From the NCBI RefSeq assembly GCF_001194135.2, contig NC_068984.1:26457241-26521240 (forward strand): a DNA stretch of 64,000 bases, in the 5' to 3' direction. This DNA comes from Octopus bimaculoides. Lineage: Eukaryota. Under the pieces are notes generated by a model. That model worked only from the letters and a program-made list of their open reading frames with translations. It searched no databases and was not told the origin of the DNA. Shown here one piece after another: positions 26,939 to 41,600 of the stretch. Position 1 is the stretch's first letter. Every line of letters starts with the position of its first letter. The position numbers and the translations under genes are program-made.

Positions 26939-27369
26939 ACTTCTGGTCCTTGGGGAAGCTTAGCAGGATCCCAAGCATTCAGACTAGGTGTCGCATCTGA
27001 AGTGTCTTTCTCCCTTCCCCTCTTATCTCGGAGACTCATTGCAAAGTCATGGGCACTGCATTCCTTTTGAGACTAAGTCATTTTAAAAGTCGATGAGGTT
27101 AATTCGCCACTCGGGTATGTATAATGAGGCAGGATAAATATTTTCTTGAAAATTTTCTTGAAAATTTTCTTGAAAGGATTCTAGTCTATAGCGAATTTCT
27201 TTTCGAGAAAGCCTAGATTTTCTTCGCCAACTTCCTACAACTAACAAAAAAAATGTCAATGTTTAATACATTTAGAAAGTATACTGGAATATTACCAACT
27301 TGATTTTGGCTCTTTCTATCTATTCAGCTCTCATAATGAGTTTGTATGACACATATATGCACACCTTAC

Positions 27370-28400
27370 CCATTGAACAACCATGCAGAATCAAACCTCT
27401 TATTTAACCTTATACCCAACAACATATACCCAACAACATCAACAAGACAATATTGTTTGTCATCTTTAAACTCAGATAAAGCAACATTCAATAAAGCACT
27501 GTAGAGAACCATAATGTAAATATCACGAGGCAGCACCAACAGAGAAAGAAACAACACGTAAATGTCGCAGCACAGGGGTCAACTGCACAAATGGTAAATA
27601 TTTTGAAAAACAGTGTAGCACGCTAACATATCTTCTAACAGCGTTTCAAACTACTAAACAGGGCTAACAGAAAAAGTTAAAAATCGTTAGCACTTTGCTA
27701 CTTGGTAAAAATCTATGGCACCGTTCGAACACATTTTGCAATCAAAGGATCCAGGAATAAACACAATACGTGGATATTATTGACAGAGCATCAGCATATA
27801 TATATTATATGTATATATATAGAGGGAGAGAGAGATCGAGATCCAAAGTTTGATATCGCCCCATTAGAAAGAAGCTCCCATCATCCTAAATCCCCGATTC
27901 CTAAACCAAAACTGCAAGTAATTTTAAATCGGTTCATTCTCTGGATTGCTGATATAAAAATATAGACTTCACTAACAGTACAACCAGCCACATAAACAAT
28001 CACTTGTCTAACTATGCGATTAGCACTAATGCAGAACCACCTGCCGGCGCATGTCTGAGCGTCATAACTAGCACTACTAACCGTCTGTTGATATGTGTCA
28101 AAAACAAGGAATTCATCTATAAATTGCCATCAATGTAACTAAGCCTTTATCAGAACCACCTTTAATACCTGACAAACAGGGCCTACGTCACTGACAATAC
28201 TGCTATCCACATGATAGCTCTAAAAGCAAAACTGCTGATACTAGTCAATATGAAGTCACCTGATCAACTATGCCAACTATCCTTTAACCAATTAAAAACG
28301 CTCAACGCCTTTGAATACCCTAAAGATCTATTTCATTTCGATATTTCAGGCTCACCGATGAGGACATTTGACTAATGCAAAAACAATATTTCTTTTAATA
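27370..28400 (+). mobile_element. Highly degraded Penelope-like element remnant
   Basis: HIPNNINK / LSSLNSDKATFNKAL resembles the PLE RT thumb region. A/C-rich strand bias continues to ~28400; interrupted by other sequence. Confidence 0.4.
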
Positions 28401-29011
28401 TTTGAGGGTTGAGGAAATAATCCGGTTTATCCCACCACCACCACCAGCATTTTATACATGCATTACACACACAATTATCAGCGGCTGTGGTAGGGAGATC
28501 AAATTCACATAGGAACTGTTGGAATTTTCTCCCACTCATCTAGCTTATGTTTCAGGATATAAAGGAATTTACTAATACTTTGAAAATAACGTAACTCAGT
28601 CAGTGGGGACACGATTACATTTTTAAACAAACATGCCAAAGAACTAACAAATAACGCAGTTCAGCAACACTACACACACACATACACACACACAAAATGG
28701 GCGTCTTAACGTGTTTCAGTCACTGAACTGCTCTCATGTTAGACACGGCCTTGAAGGGTCTAGTTGAACAAAGTCTGGTGCTGAATTCTATGAGCCTTAT
28801 TTTGTTTTTTGCCAAACTGCTAAGTAACAAATCAATACCGATCGTGAAGGGGCGACAAAAACACATATGACGAGGTTCTACACAGTTTCCGCTTATTATT
28901 GGTCAGTCCGGAGTCATAGCAATGAGACTGAATCCGAAGCTACATGTTTGCAAAGGGAGCTTCTTAACCTTACTACCATGTTTAATATTTATTATTATTT
29001 GTTTTATGAGA

Positions 29012-29212
29012 AAGGCGGCGAGCTGGCAGAATCGTTAGCACGCTGGACGAAATGCTTAGCGGCCTTTCGCCCGTCACTACGTTCTGAGTTCAAATTCCGC
29101 CGAGGTCGACTTTCATCCTTTCAAGGTCGATAAAATAAGTACCAGTTGAACGCTGGGGTCGATGTAATCGACTCATCCCCAAGCTGCCCTTGTGGCAAAA
29201 ATTTGAAATAAT
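29012..29212 (+). mobile_element. tRNA-derived SINE, near full length (family also at ~1120-1318, 15345-15510, 23295-23402, 29835-30030, 47635-48030)
   Basis: AAGGCGGCGAGCTGGCAGAATCGTTAG...ACGTTCTGAGTTCAAATTCCGCCGAGGTCGACTT...AATAAGTACCAGTTG...GGGGTCGATGTAATCGACT. Confidence 0.8.
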
Positions 29213-30404
29213 TATTTGCCTTATGAGAGGGAGAGCGACATAGGGAGAAAAAGAGGGAGAGAGATACTACGACAAGTTGATAATTTTTTAGTATCCCTTT
29301 TAAGTATATTTAGATCTCGGCTTTTTCTTCAGTAGGAATTTTCGCGACTAAGCAAAGTTCAGCTGTTGGAATATTTGAGATTCGGCGCCTTGCAACCGTT
29401 CCCATTTGATAGCTATGTATCGGGGTCATGATTCCAACTCTAATCAAAATATTCTTTGGGGTTATTTTAAGGATCCAGAGATCAGTCATACAAACGAAAG
29501 TTTAAAAAAAAAAAAAGTATGTTCCAGTGTTATTTTGATAAAACAAAAATGTAATCATCACCTCTTTAATATTTGTCTCCAACCTGCTCAGCTAATAATG
29601 ATGCGTGTAATAACAGCAACTTTTGGCGCTGTTGCGTCAGAGACGTGGAACATATGTAAAACGTCTACATCACATGCTATTGTTGACAGCTTGTTAAATA
29701 TAGTGATTGTATTTAATGGGAAAAGGCTCGAAAATAAAACAGTTGCCTTTTGATAACAGCTGGTAAAGATGATGATCATAATATATGAAATACTATTGTC
29801 AAAATATACAAGTATTTTTTACTAAGAAGCCTTAGAGTGGTGAACTGACAGAATTATTAGAACGGCAGGAGAATTGTCTACTGGCATTTTTTTTTCTCAG
29901 CTCTTTACGCTCTGAGTTCAAATGCCACTAAGGTTGATTTTGCCTTTCACCCCTACCAAAGTCTGGGGCCGATGTAATAAATTTACCCACTCACTAAAAT
30001 TGCTGGCTTTGTGCCAAAATTTGAAACAATTATTACCAAGAAACTTCTATGCGGTCACCACAAACTGCTAGAACTAACGATCATATCTCCTTCAAATCAC
30101 AATCCAGCTTCTTCAAAAGAGGAAGGACACATTAGACATTAGATAAAAAAAGAAAACGAAAAATATTTCGTTATAGACATTTCAGGTGGTTGTAATGCCT
30201 GATCATAGATCGGCTCGATCGGATCTTACTGAGATAAAACTGAAACAACTGTTACTGCAACAAACTAAGTAAATGGCATTTGTGAATGCTCTGGCTTTAT
30301 TATTGCAATGCTCGCATTTACGTGTCTAGCATATATAGGGGTATTTAAATGCATGTCTCTTTTTTTCTTGCATGCGTACAAATATGCACATAAACAGGAG
30401 AGAG

Positions 30405-30464
<60 letters not shown>

Positions 30465-30864
30465 GGGGGGGCGTCTCCTCTCCTCTCAGAAAAGCTTAAT
30501 GCAGGAAAGCGTAGAAATCCGTTTCTCATTAAGCACCATAGAAAACTAAGATCAAATGACCAAAGAGTACAGAATTCCATTCATTTTATGGCTGTAGGAA
30601 CAAGAGTTAAATTGAATGTTCCTTATCTTTCTGTATGGTACTTCCCTCTGGGGACAAGCGGGCATAGATTTATATATAAACTCAAGTAACTGATGCACAC
30701 ACACACATACACTTATTTGGTGACTAGGTAAGTAGCCACCAAATAAAATATCTAACATTATTACTTGAAGTACCGGGTATTTTATTCTGTATCTGCAAGC
30801 CTTGTAGTTACGAACGAACACACAAATACATATGTATAGAACAATGCGTGCGCGCACGCACACA

Positions 30865-30963
<99 letters not shown>

Positions 30964-32058
30964 GTGTGCGTGCGTGTGCGTGTGTTTGAGCTCTTATTCA
31001 TAGATCTTTAATTAAGGTTAGTGGTATAAAAACTACGGAGCATTTACTGTTGTGGGAGTGGATGCAGTACTGAATCAAATTTATTGTAAAACTCATATAA
31101 ACCGGGGCCATTAAGTTTCGCCTGACGGTTTATTCAACTTGTGGTTGACTGAGTTGTCAAGCAGTGCGCGCTCTAGTGTATCTGTTACGCAAATATATAT
31201 ATATCTTGATGTGTTTTTACATATACACTCACACTGGAATATACTCTTGTTTCACAATCATTTCCCTATCTCTGCTCGATCAGGCTGGTCAGCTACGAAA
31301 TTCAAGACCTAATTTATCCTTAGTTATTTTCTAAGCCGTTTCAACGAGCGATTTGGTTTACCGGTTATTTAGAAATAGTAGTGTTCGGCGGACCCCTTTT
31401 CAAAACAAAGAATTTTATAAAAGCGAAAAGAAATGAAATAAACATGGTTAAATTTCAACAGAATATATATGATGGACATAGATTTCTGAGGTTACAAAAG
31501 AGTTATTGACTGGAGTGCGATGCAAACGTTTAGAAATATGCTTAGATAAGAAACATTGTCGATTGTTGAGCCTTTCTGCTCGTTTCATGAACCGTTGATG
31601 ATAGCGTATAAAGTGATTTCTATATCGTAGTGAATTCTATTCCATGTGCTGTGTAACAGTAGCAACAGCTATAGTGTGCATAGTTGTTTGCTCATTATCT
31701 ATCTAGTCGGTTTGACAATCTAGTTAGGTATTTGTGTCACCTACACTTTTCTGCAGTTTGGCAAATATTAGCTAACGGTAAGATATCCCTGCTGATTTTA
31801 TATATATGTAAACTTGGAAAGTTCATGAACAGGTCTTGTTTTCTGAAATTCTAGGTTTCATATTTTTCGCTAAATGACATCATTTCGGCTCTTATGTTTC
31901 AGCAAACACGTGTGAAGATTGAACAACTGTCGTATTGCATGATTATTGAATAATATGAACATTTGCTCATTTTCTACCTTATGTGTATGTGTGTATAGAA
32001 TACACACAGGATATTTATGTAATATATATCATTGTATATGTATATAATATATGTAACA

Positions 32059-32097
<39 letters not shown>

Positions 32098-32130
32098 GTG
32101 TGTGTGTGTGTGTGTATACATATACATACA

Positions 32131-33007
32131 TATGAGGTATGATCAACAAATATCCGGACCTTGCTATAGTAACGAAGCTAAAGCCCGTAGAGTGATACCG
32201 CTTGGCAAAAGATTGACCTTGAACTCTACTGTGCATGCGCACTAAATTTTGACGTCCTAGCTCACTTCCGCTGTTTACATCAGTGCTTGGAAGGAATATG
32301 TATAGCGTGTGATCGTCGCATTGACCATAACAGAGAAAGTTGTCATGGCGTGCTCAGAGGCCGACGCAAAGCTGCAGGAAGTGTATGGAGAGAAGTTTAT
32401 GAGCCGCATACAAGCGTACGAATGGTTCAAACATTTCCAATATGACCGAAAAATGTCGATATTAACGAAAGTTCTGGGAGATCCGCGACTGGCAGAAATG
32501 AGAAAAACATCACAGGTGCGTGCAGCTGTGTGGGGAAATCGTCGAATCACCATCCGTGAGTTATCAAAGGATGTGCAGATTAGTCGCGGTTTAGTTCAGA
32601 CCATTATCATTGAAGATTTGGGTATAAGACACAAGTATGACAAGTTTGTGCCAAAACTGCTTTCAGCTGACCAAAAAAAACCCACTTGGGTTTCAGTTGC
32701 ACAAGATCTTGATTGTGTGGAGAATGATGAAAACTTTGCGTAGGCCACTGAGAAGGTATTGTCAAGCTTTAAGCAAAAGTTGATGCAGATTCTCTGCTCA
32801 ACTTTTTGTCATGGTCAATGCGACAATCATACGCTACACACGTTCTTCGAAACACTGCTGTAGACAGCAGAAGTGAGCTAGGACGTTAAAACTTAGTGCG
32901 CATGCACAGCAGAGTTCAAGGGCAATCTGTGCCAAGTGGTTTCACTCTGCGTGCTTTAGCTTCGTTACTATGGCAACAGTCCGGATACTTATTGATCAGA
33001 ACACATT
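32131..33007 (+). mobile_element. Non-autonomous mariner derivative with ~240-270-bp inverted arms (two 5' ends head-to-head)
   Basis: Left end TATGAGGTATGATCAACAAATATCCGGAC; right end GTCCGGATACTTATTGATCAG. ORF 32309-32743 is a mariner N-terminus (LQEVYGE..MSRIQAYEWFKHF...RRITIRELS...KFVPKLLSADQK). Confidence 0.88.
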
Positions 33008-33260
33008 TATGTATAATTTATATATGTAATTTACATTATGTATGATGTAAATTATATATGTACTTATATATATTATATTATCATTATGTCATCATCCTTT
33101 AACATTCCTGATGATGATATAATGATGACGATATATACGTAAACATATATATTATAATACGTATATATGACATGCATTATAAGTATCACCTGATATATAT
33201 ACACACACACACACACACTCATATACATATACAAGAGAGAGAGAGAGGGAGAGAGAGAGG

Positions 33261-33370
<110 letters not shown>

Positions 33371-33373
33371 GAA

Positions 33374-33419
<46 letters not shown>

Positions 33420-36276
33420 CACGAATATGCAGTTAACATTATGTTTATATAGACAAGGCATACACATAATCCATAAAATATTTGGCAATGTATACTTGTT
33501 ACAATATTAATAACATTTGAAAGATTCAAACGAGAAACAGAGTAAAGGTGAATGATAATATGACAAACAAAATGAAAATGACCAGAAATATTAGGTGATT
33601 CTCAACTGCCCAGAGGATCAAACTGAGAAAATGTGAACATGACAGAATCAACAGCGTATGTAGGACAAGAAATATGAACAATTTTATTATGTAAAGGATA
33701 GAAAACAAGGAAATAATACTGGAACTTGGAGTTCGTAGTTTTACTACGAATTTCTGAAATAATGATAAATGTAAATCTTTTAATGCATTGTAGACAATAT
33801 CATAATAATCTTGTAAATATAGTAAAGTTATTTTTAATGAAATTTGTATGCCTATCATTAAATCTCTCACTTCACCATACTGGTAAAAAAACAGTCATTG
33901 TTTACATGTGATTATGTGCTAATATCATTATCACCCATTACTTTTGGTGGGATGCATATATCATAGTTACGAATTATTGCTGGTATTTTACTAATAAATG
34001 CAGAGTACAAAGTAATTAGGTACGAAATATATCAATCATTTAATCCGCCGTTTTGAACGGATGTGCCAGACTCTATAATTAATTAAAGTGTCGTCAATAT
34101 TGGTGAGACGAGTGCACTAGAAAAATATGTATGCATGATGTTCGCAAAAGTTTATTAAATTGAAAATTCCTTTTTTTTTTCTTTTTTCTTTTTTGCTAGA
34201 GAAGGTAGTTAAACAGTGGTAATTGTTACAATTCTCAATGAAAGTAAGAAGTACGTTTAGAGATGAAATATGCTACATCTCCCCCCACCCCTACCTTGTA
34301 ATAGTATTAAGGACACTGGAAATAGATCAGAGAAAATAATGTTGGTATAATTTAGAAGTACCAAACCCAGTGGCAAAGGCAATTTTCTTTTTATTTATTA
34401 AGATTTCTTCTACTACCCAAATTCTGTAAGACTGTCTCCCACACTTAATTTAGTAAAAGAAAAGAGGTTTACATCAACTAATATAATTGTCATCGAGGAC
34501 TAAAGAAATAGCCTATGAGTCCTTGATCAAAACAATTCTAAATTTTACATCGGACTGTCCTACTTGTTTTAAAGTCGGATACTTTTAGTATATACACTCA
34601 TAAACACAGAAGAAATACCATTTCATTGTTCGGCGATGTATGGGGTCTTAAAAACAATAATGTCCCAAGTGTGTTTGCATGTAGAATTTTGGCCAAGATA
34701 AAACCTTGTATTAGGCATAAGAAACTGAAACATTAAGATTGATGTGGCCTATATATAATACAGACCATTCAAATAGTGTTTGCGAAGAATTGTCTACTCG
34801 GTCGGAATTCTGAGAAAATAGATTCTTGCAGCTACAAAATATATAGTACAGATATGGGTTTCCAGTTAGCTTTACATAATTACAGTTAAGTTATTCTATT
34901 CGTTTTTTAAATTACAAATTAATAACATTTTTTCTATTTTTAGGTTTCTTTTTCCCTTTGAGAATAATTCCTAAATTGATAAAAGAAAAATTGAACTAGT
35001 TGAATGATTTTTCCAATAAAATAGTTTGAAATTAACTATTCCCATACTTAGTTGTAATACCAACACCTTAGATTATTATAATTGCCAATTAAATACTATT
35101 TCAACTATTCTTATTTTTCGCTTCTAATTCTTTTAACATACACACACTGATATTTGTATGTATGTGTAAGTCTCCTGGTTTTGATGTTGCACGCTCATTG
35201 AAAGCGCAGCGTTTTACCTTTCTTGCAAACAAATGGGGGACGGAGTCAGAAAGAGCATCAGACAGCAGTAAATTCTGCCTCAACGAAACTCATCTGACTC
35301 GTACAAACATGGAAAAATTGACGTTAAAACGATAATGATGAGAATGATGATATAAATTCATAAGTCGAGTAGACTCTAATCGAAAAATATCACATCTGTT
35401 GCCAATTATGAAATGGTAACTTATTCATAGAATAGGACTTTCACATTGCAACGCACTATTCCTGTTACTACACTCACCTCATTATCTTATGGCAAATATT
35501 CGTCTAACTTTGCGACTCGCTGTTGAATTCTGTGGGGAAACGTCAGAAATATCAAACTGAGAATTAAATATTTTTAACAGTTACATTGGGTAAAATACTG
35601 AAATTAGATATAAAAATATGTTTTGAAATATGCGGAAAGACTTTCAGCTAAGGAGTGGTTACAAAATGATAGAATTAAAAAATATCGGAAATGGAATACA
35701 AAAACTGAGAAGCTTGGAGGAAAAAGCAGCAGAAAAAATTAGTTAATTTCTTATTACGGACATTTAAAGAATAGTGTTTTCGGTACTGTTGGATGTGCAA
35801 AGAAAAGGATTCCTCCTTAAGAGTTGGCCAACTGGAACAACAGTGCTGCTTCGGTCGAAAGGGATACTGAAACTTTATCAGATAACATAGACAAGGGCAG
35901 TTATGTATGTGAAGACATAGATGCCTGTAACTACGTAATTTCACTTGTTCACATCAAAGAGAATAACTTTTAGTACTTTATCTCAATGGATTAAAGGCAT
36001 CTGATAAAACACGCGCAGAAGCATACATTATAGGTGTTTGCATGAGCAAAATTAGGGCGTTCAGTTACACACACACACACACACTCTCTCTTAGTAATAC
36101 TATATATTGTAAACTTAAAGTTTATGCCAAAAATTTCGTAAAGCTTCTGCGACATATGGCACGGATATTTCTCGAACTGGATAAGTTAGTCATCTCATTA
36201 TTGTTTGGCATAAGTTGCGCATAAAGCGAATTTGCGATGTATTATCATTAACGGACACACTCTCTCTCTCCCTCTC

Positions 36277-36350
<74 letters not shown>

Positions 36351-37314
36351 TATTTAATACTGAGTTAGTCATGTTTGACATAAGCTATACATTTGACGAT
36401 TCAACTTAAAAGGGCGGCGATGAGGTGAGCTGCAAATGCTGATGCGGTTCAGAAATGATGGCATATTAAGAGTAACAAAATATGCTTTTTTTTCACTTAA
36501 CACAGTATTAAGTGTGTAAAATTCTCTGCAAACAGTGGCATCTCGTTTACCTCCTATTCTATTATAGTTTAAAAGAGGCGTATATTTAATATATACATTT
36601 CGCTAATAGTCATCTTAATGCATTTCAAGTAATTGTTTTATCGCGTAAGAAATAAAAAAAATACGTCACTCAGTGAAATTCGAAGATAGTTTTTTTTTAA
36701 ATGGCTGGTCTAAGTTCATTTGATAATTATACTGTGGAATGTGAAACGATTTCTGAGCTTCAGAGGTTCTGCTTGACATAATTTTAACTGAAAAAGTTGC
36801 CTGGCGTCATCAAATATGCCCAACGGAATAAGGAATCATGAGCTGTGAACCAATAATAAACGGCAAGTCTTCAGTTCAGCTATCGTGTCACACAAGCAGA
36901 TACCTTTAAAGAGAATCTATATAAAGCATCTGTGAGTGTTGATAATGAAAGAGAACTGAAGGCATCATATCTTATCTTCTTTCATGTAGAGTGGATAATA
37001 GTATCTCGTCTAAGAGAAAAAGCATACCATCAAAAAAATACTGAAATTATAAAGAATAACTCTCAACCTGCTCTAAAATGTATGTCACAGGGTGCAAATC
37101 AATGTCGTGACACATTTATGAGAAAGCGATGATGCAGAGAATGTCTTATTTTCTGAGTTTCACAACAGCGGGCTTTTCCGTCAAATTCAGTGAGTCAACA
37201 TAAAGCAGTTGAAATTGTGTCTATGCAAGGTACCGTAGTCCAAACTTTAAATGCCTTCATTACGAATTTTTGTTTGCCAAGTACCTAAAAACAATGCGAT
37301 GGGAAAGATAATTG

Positions 37315-38684
37315 GGATCTGTTCAGTTTGGTTGCACAGATTTTTTAATTATTTCTTTTAACTAAACAGTTTGAAACTTCGTATGCTAGTGTAATTTCTC
37401 GCGCGGAACACGGTTTACTTTGAAATTTTTGAAAAAAAATTCGTATTTTAGAAGTTATTTCATGTTTAAAGTTGTCGTATTTGGGTAATTTTAACCAATC
37501 AATGACATGTATTTAGTTGAAGAATACTGCTGTTTGCGATAGTAATCGAAGAGGAGCAACTTTCGGGTCATCTCTACTAAATGTTACCACTATTCGTATG
37601 TTATCCTTTCTTCCTTTCTAGTCAGCACCGTGCATTCCTTACTCTTTTCCTTTCTACTGACAGACAACCACTTCTACACTATCAACTACCAACCACTGCG
37701 AGCGAACTTGTCACTGCCATTACAATTATTGTATTTTTCGGTGTATAGCCGCTATTTTTCACCTGGAAAATTTAGTCTGCGGCTTATAGAAAGGTGCGCC
37801 TAATACGTGTACTTTTTTTTTTATAAGTTTCAGGATGAAAATAGTTTGTGTATGGAGATCAACTGATTCCACTGATTTTTTCAGAGAAAAGGTCGGTTGG
37901 TGAACAACGTGAAAGACTACAGCTACAGTACATTGGTGCCTGGAAGAAAACAAAGCATATTTGTTTTGTTTTACCTTCATGTTTTGATAATGTTATTTTT
38001 AATCTAATAAAGACTTTTATATTGACGAAATGTGTTGATTATAATAAGATAAAATCAATGCAATAACAATACAACTCATAGTTGTAAAATAAGGTATTTT
38101 GAAACTACATAGACGTCAACAAAAAAGCTAGCTGCGGACCTGTAGCTCTATAGTTCTTTTAAACACCGATGCATCTTTATGTGTGGATAAAATCAAAATT
38201 TTTCCCCAAATTCGGCCCTGTGGCTTAAATACTGATGTCGGGCAAACGAATAAATATATGCGCATAATATTTCTTCCTTCTTGGTGTTGATTCTTCGATG
38301 TTTATTAATTATTCCGACGTGAGTAACCAAAAAAAGAGAAAAAGAGAAAGAAAGCAAAGCGTGTAATATGCAACACTGGCAGTTAACAAAAAACAAAAAC
38401 AGAACAGGGTGGTGACATTTAGTAGAGATGACTCGGAAGTTAATTCTCTTCGATTACTATCGCAAGCAACAGTAGCTTTCTTCAACTGAATACACATCGT
38501 TGATTGGTTAAAATTACCTAAATACACCTTTAACACGAAATAACTCCTAAAATACGAAATTTTGTCAAAAATGTTCAAAGTAAACAGTGTTCTGCGTGAG
38601 AAATTACACCAGTATACGAAGTTGCAAAACTGTTTAGTTAAAAAAAATTAATTAAAAAATCTGTGAGCCAAACTGAACAGATCC
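37315..38684. mobile_element. GG-terminated MITE with ~275-bp imperfect TIRs and 8-bp TSD GATAATTG (Merlin-like)
   Basis: GATAATTG at 37307-37314 and 38685-38692. Ends GGATCTGTTCAGTTTGG... / ...CCAAACTGAACAGATCC. Arms stay alignable to ~37590 and ~38408. Confidence 0.85.
37730..38230. mobile_element. Tigger/pogo-like non-autonomous remnant nested inside the Merlin-like MITE
   Basis: GTATTTTTCGGTGTATAGCCGC...AGTCTGCGGCTTATAGAAAGGTGCGCCTAATA resembles Tigger subterminal motifs. Confidence 0.45.
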
Positions 38685-41600
38685 GATAATTGTTCAGTGT
38701 TTGAAGGATTATATTTCCCACTAGTATATTACCGCGTTGGCTTCCAGCTGTGAATTAGCAATGGTGACTGGTTCAAAAGTTTTGTCGTCATACTCAATTA
38801 CTGTCCATTGTTTGCTGCACAGATACCATCTCGTTTCCAAGAAACTCGGTGATGAACTACATAAAATTAAATCACATTCTCTCAGTTCACGACCCAATGT
38901 TGTGCAGCAAATGATGAAACCTTTGACCATTTATTTTTCAACACGGAGATAGAGTAGTTGCAAAGACTTGTTTATTTGTATGACTCATTTGTGGAGTTTC
39001 TTACTGATGTAGCACTATCATTGTGTGATAAGTTGAAAAAAATTGTAGAAAAGAAGTAGCTATTCTTATTCCGTTTGTCAGAGATATTCAAACTTTAATG
39101 AAATACTGAAGCTGTTCGTAAATAAAAATGTTACAACTATTCAATTCCAAACAATCATGGAAGTTATTCAAGTCAAAATTGGTTTACTTGAATCTACATC
39201 TGTATTTAGTAATTTTGACAACTCGTAGAAGGAAAAGCTGAAAATATTTCAGATTTTGGCTCAGAAATATGCATAACACCATAAATAATTAAAAGGATTT
39301 TTTTTTATATGAGACCAGGAGAAAATATTCGCACCTGACTGAATTGTTTAATTTGGAAATCAGAGATGCAGGCATTGAACGTCACTAACAAAATGAGCCC
39401 ACCAAAATGATGATTTAGGAGCTAAATAAATCAACGTTCAAAAATAATTTTTATTTACATTACTTTTTTATTTACATCACTTACAAGTTCGTACAAGGCA
39501 ACACTACCTTTCATTATAAAATTTCAGCAAGTGCAATTTTGAGAAAGTAGAGAAATAGATTGAACCAGGATGAGCATGACAGTGACATGACTCCTACTAA
39601 TGATGGCAATTTAGTAATAAAAAAAAGAAAAAAAAGGGGGGGGGTGATTGAGGTTATTATTATTATCATTATTACTTATGCTTCGTGGTTGATGAAATAG
39701 TAAGGATTTCATGGAGAGGCTGATGATCAATGTTTTCAAACTCATGTGTTTAGATCAGCAAGAACTGACAAAAAATTACACACGCTAAATAACTGTATGC
39801 TTAATCTTTCTTAGAAATATTGATTTGACCAAATATAATTGAAATAGCACGATCAGGCCCAAAAGAATTTGACCCGACAAGAAAAAAAAAACAAAAAATC
39901 TGAAGAACTTGACAAACGTCACTATAACTCTTGTGAAAGCTTCCATGTTTAAATTTTGAATATTTTAAAATATTTTATCTACAAACAGCCACAAGGTGCC
40001 GGTTTATATACCTCTGAAGCTGCTCTTAGAAGTGAAAGTGAGGGCGTGTAGAACACAAACATGGGTCACTGAATTTCAGATTTAGCTGGTCGACAGCTTC
40101 AGTGCACATTAAAACACTTGTTACACGAAGTTATTTAGTGTCAGATGAATCGATAAATCTGTTACTGTTAAAATAGCAGAATCTATTTCTTGTTTTAATC
40201 ATTAAATTCAATATTGAGATGGCATATAGTGGTTCGGTGTTATCCTTAACTATGGTGTTAACTGAAATCCAATGCCTTTGTTGTTAAAATCTGATGAGCA
40301 ATGGATTAAGAATCCTGAAGCATATCAACACTGTAAATAGAAGAAAACTTTACAGAATGCATAAATGTGTCTAGGGAAAATAATAATAATAATAAATGAT
40401 CAGTTAACTGGTGTATAATATAAGAAATTAGCAGAAATGAACAGAAGACGAAAAACTACAGGCAAGTGGTATAACGAGTTTTCTTTGTGATACGGCAACC
40501 GAGTCATATTTGAGGGCGGAGTAAATGACAATTTTTGATGTTCATATTTTTCCCAAGGGCAATAACAGCGTATGTTAAATACAATGCGCTTTAACCTGGT
40601 ATCGAAACCGTGTTACGTCCTCAGCCTACGTGCGGGGGTGGGAGTATGTGTGTGTGTATGAGAGAGAGGGGTGGTTGCTTACCTCTTGCTCAACGGTGCT
40701 TGCCGGTAAAGATAAATAAATAGTTTAAAAGGTCAAAAAACGAAACTGTTTAATTCTGTTTGAGTTGCTGCGACATTTTAAATATTTACTAACAATTACA
40801 TGCACAGCACGTTCGTCGACTGTCGGGTATCCCGCTTTGCCTTAATCACATCAACACAACCTAACACTAGTCAGTCCCAATGTTAAAAATCAAAATGGTA
40901 GCTTTGTAATTTGATCTGGGTTTTCGAGAAGTGAGCTGAAAATAGGGAAGAAAAAAATAATAATAAAGCACGTGAGTCTCAATTATAGAAGGCTATTAGG
41001 AATTAGATCTTGTATAACATACACATTATATAAACTAATAATAGCATTGCATACATTCCGCTTTCTGATCAGTGTAAAATCAACGAAAAGCTGGTGATTC
41101 TGCAAGTGAAGGAACGAAGCAAAATGCAGCCTTTGAAATTGGGACTAAATCCCCATCGAATGTTTTGACGATCTGTGTGCGTGGAGCTCGGAGAGAAGCC
41201 ATCGCTTTTACGGACTATGGGCTTTTGAATAAAGTCTGAGAAGATAGTTATTAGTTACAAGTGGTAAATAAGAGAAGTCATTCCAAGAATTAAGTTATGA
41301 TGCGGTCTATAGCGGCGGTGTCAAACCATTTGTCGTTTTGACTCTCCTCAGAAATTCATTAGTGTCACGTGATCATTAAAAAAAATATTCTAATGAGACG
41401 CGTATAATAATATCTTTCATGGAGAAATGTTCTGCTTTTTGCTTACAGTAACAGTCGTGCTGTGGCCCTTATTCCCCTATGGCTTACAGTATAACATTCA
41501 TAAAACATTTTATATTTTCCACAAATATTACAGAAATAAAAGATTTTTATGTTTGTGTCGCTTTCAGAATTAGTAACTGCTGGCCTGTAGTACGGCTCGG

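Larger units (their letters stand above)
36700..39510 (+). mobile_element. hAT (Charlie/Buster-type) transposase fossil, split by the insertion at 37315-38684
   Basis: Left part: ELKASYLI, FSVKFSEST*SS*NCVYARYRSPNFKCLHYEFLFAKYLKT. Right part: IVQCLKDY...ITALASSCELAMVTG...VHCLLHRYHLVSKKLGDELH (hAT CxxH). The halves are colinear once the insert and one TSD are removed. Confidence 0.75.
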
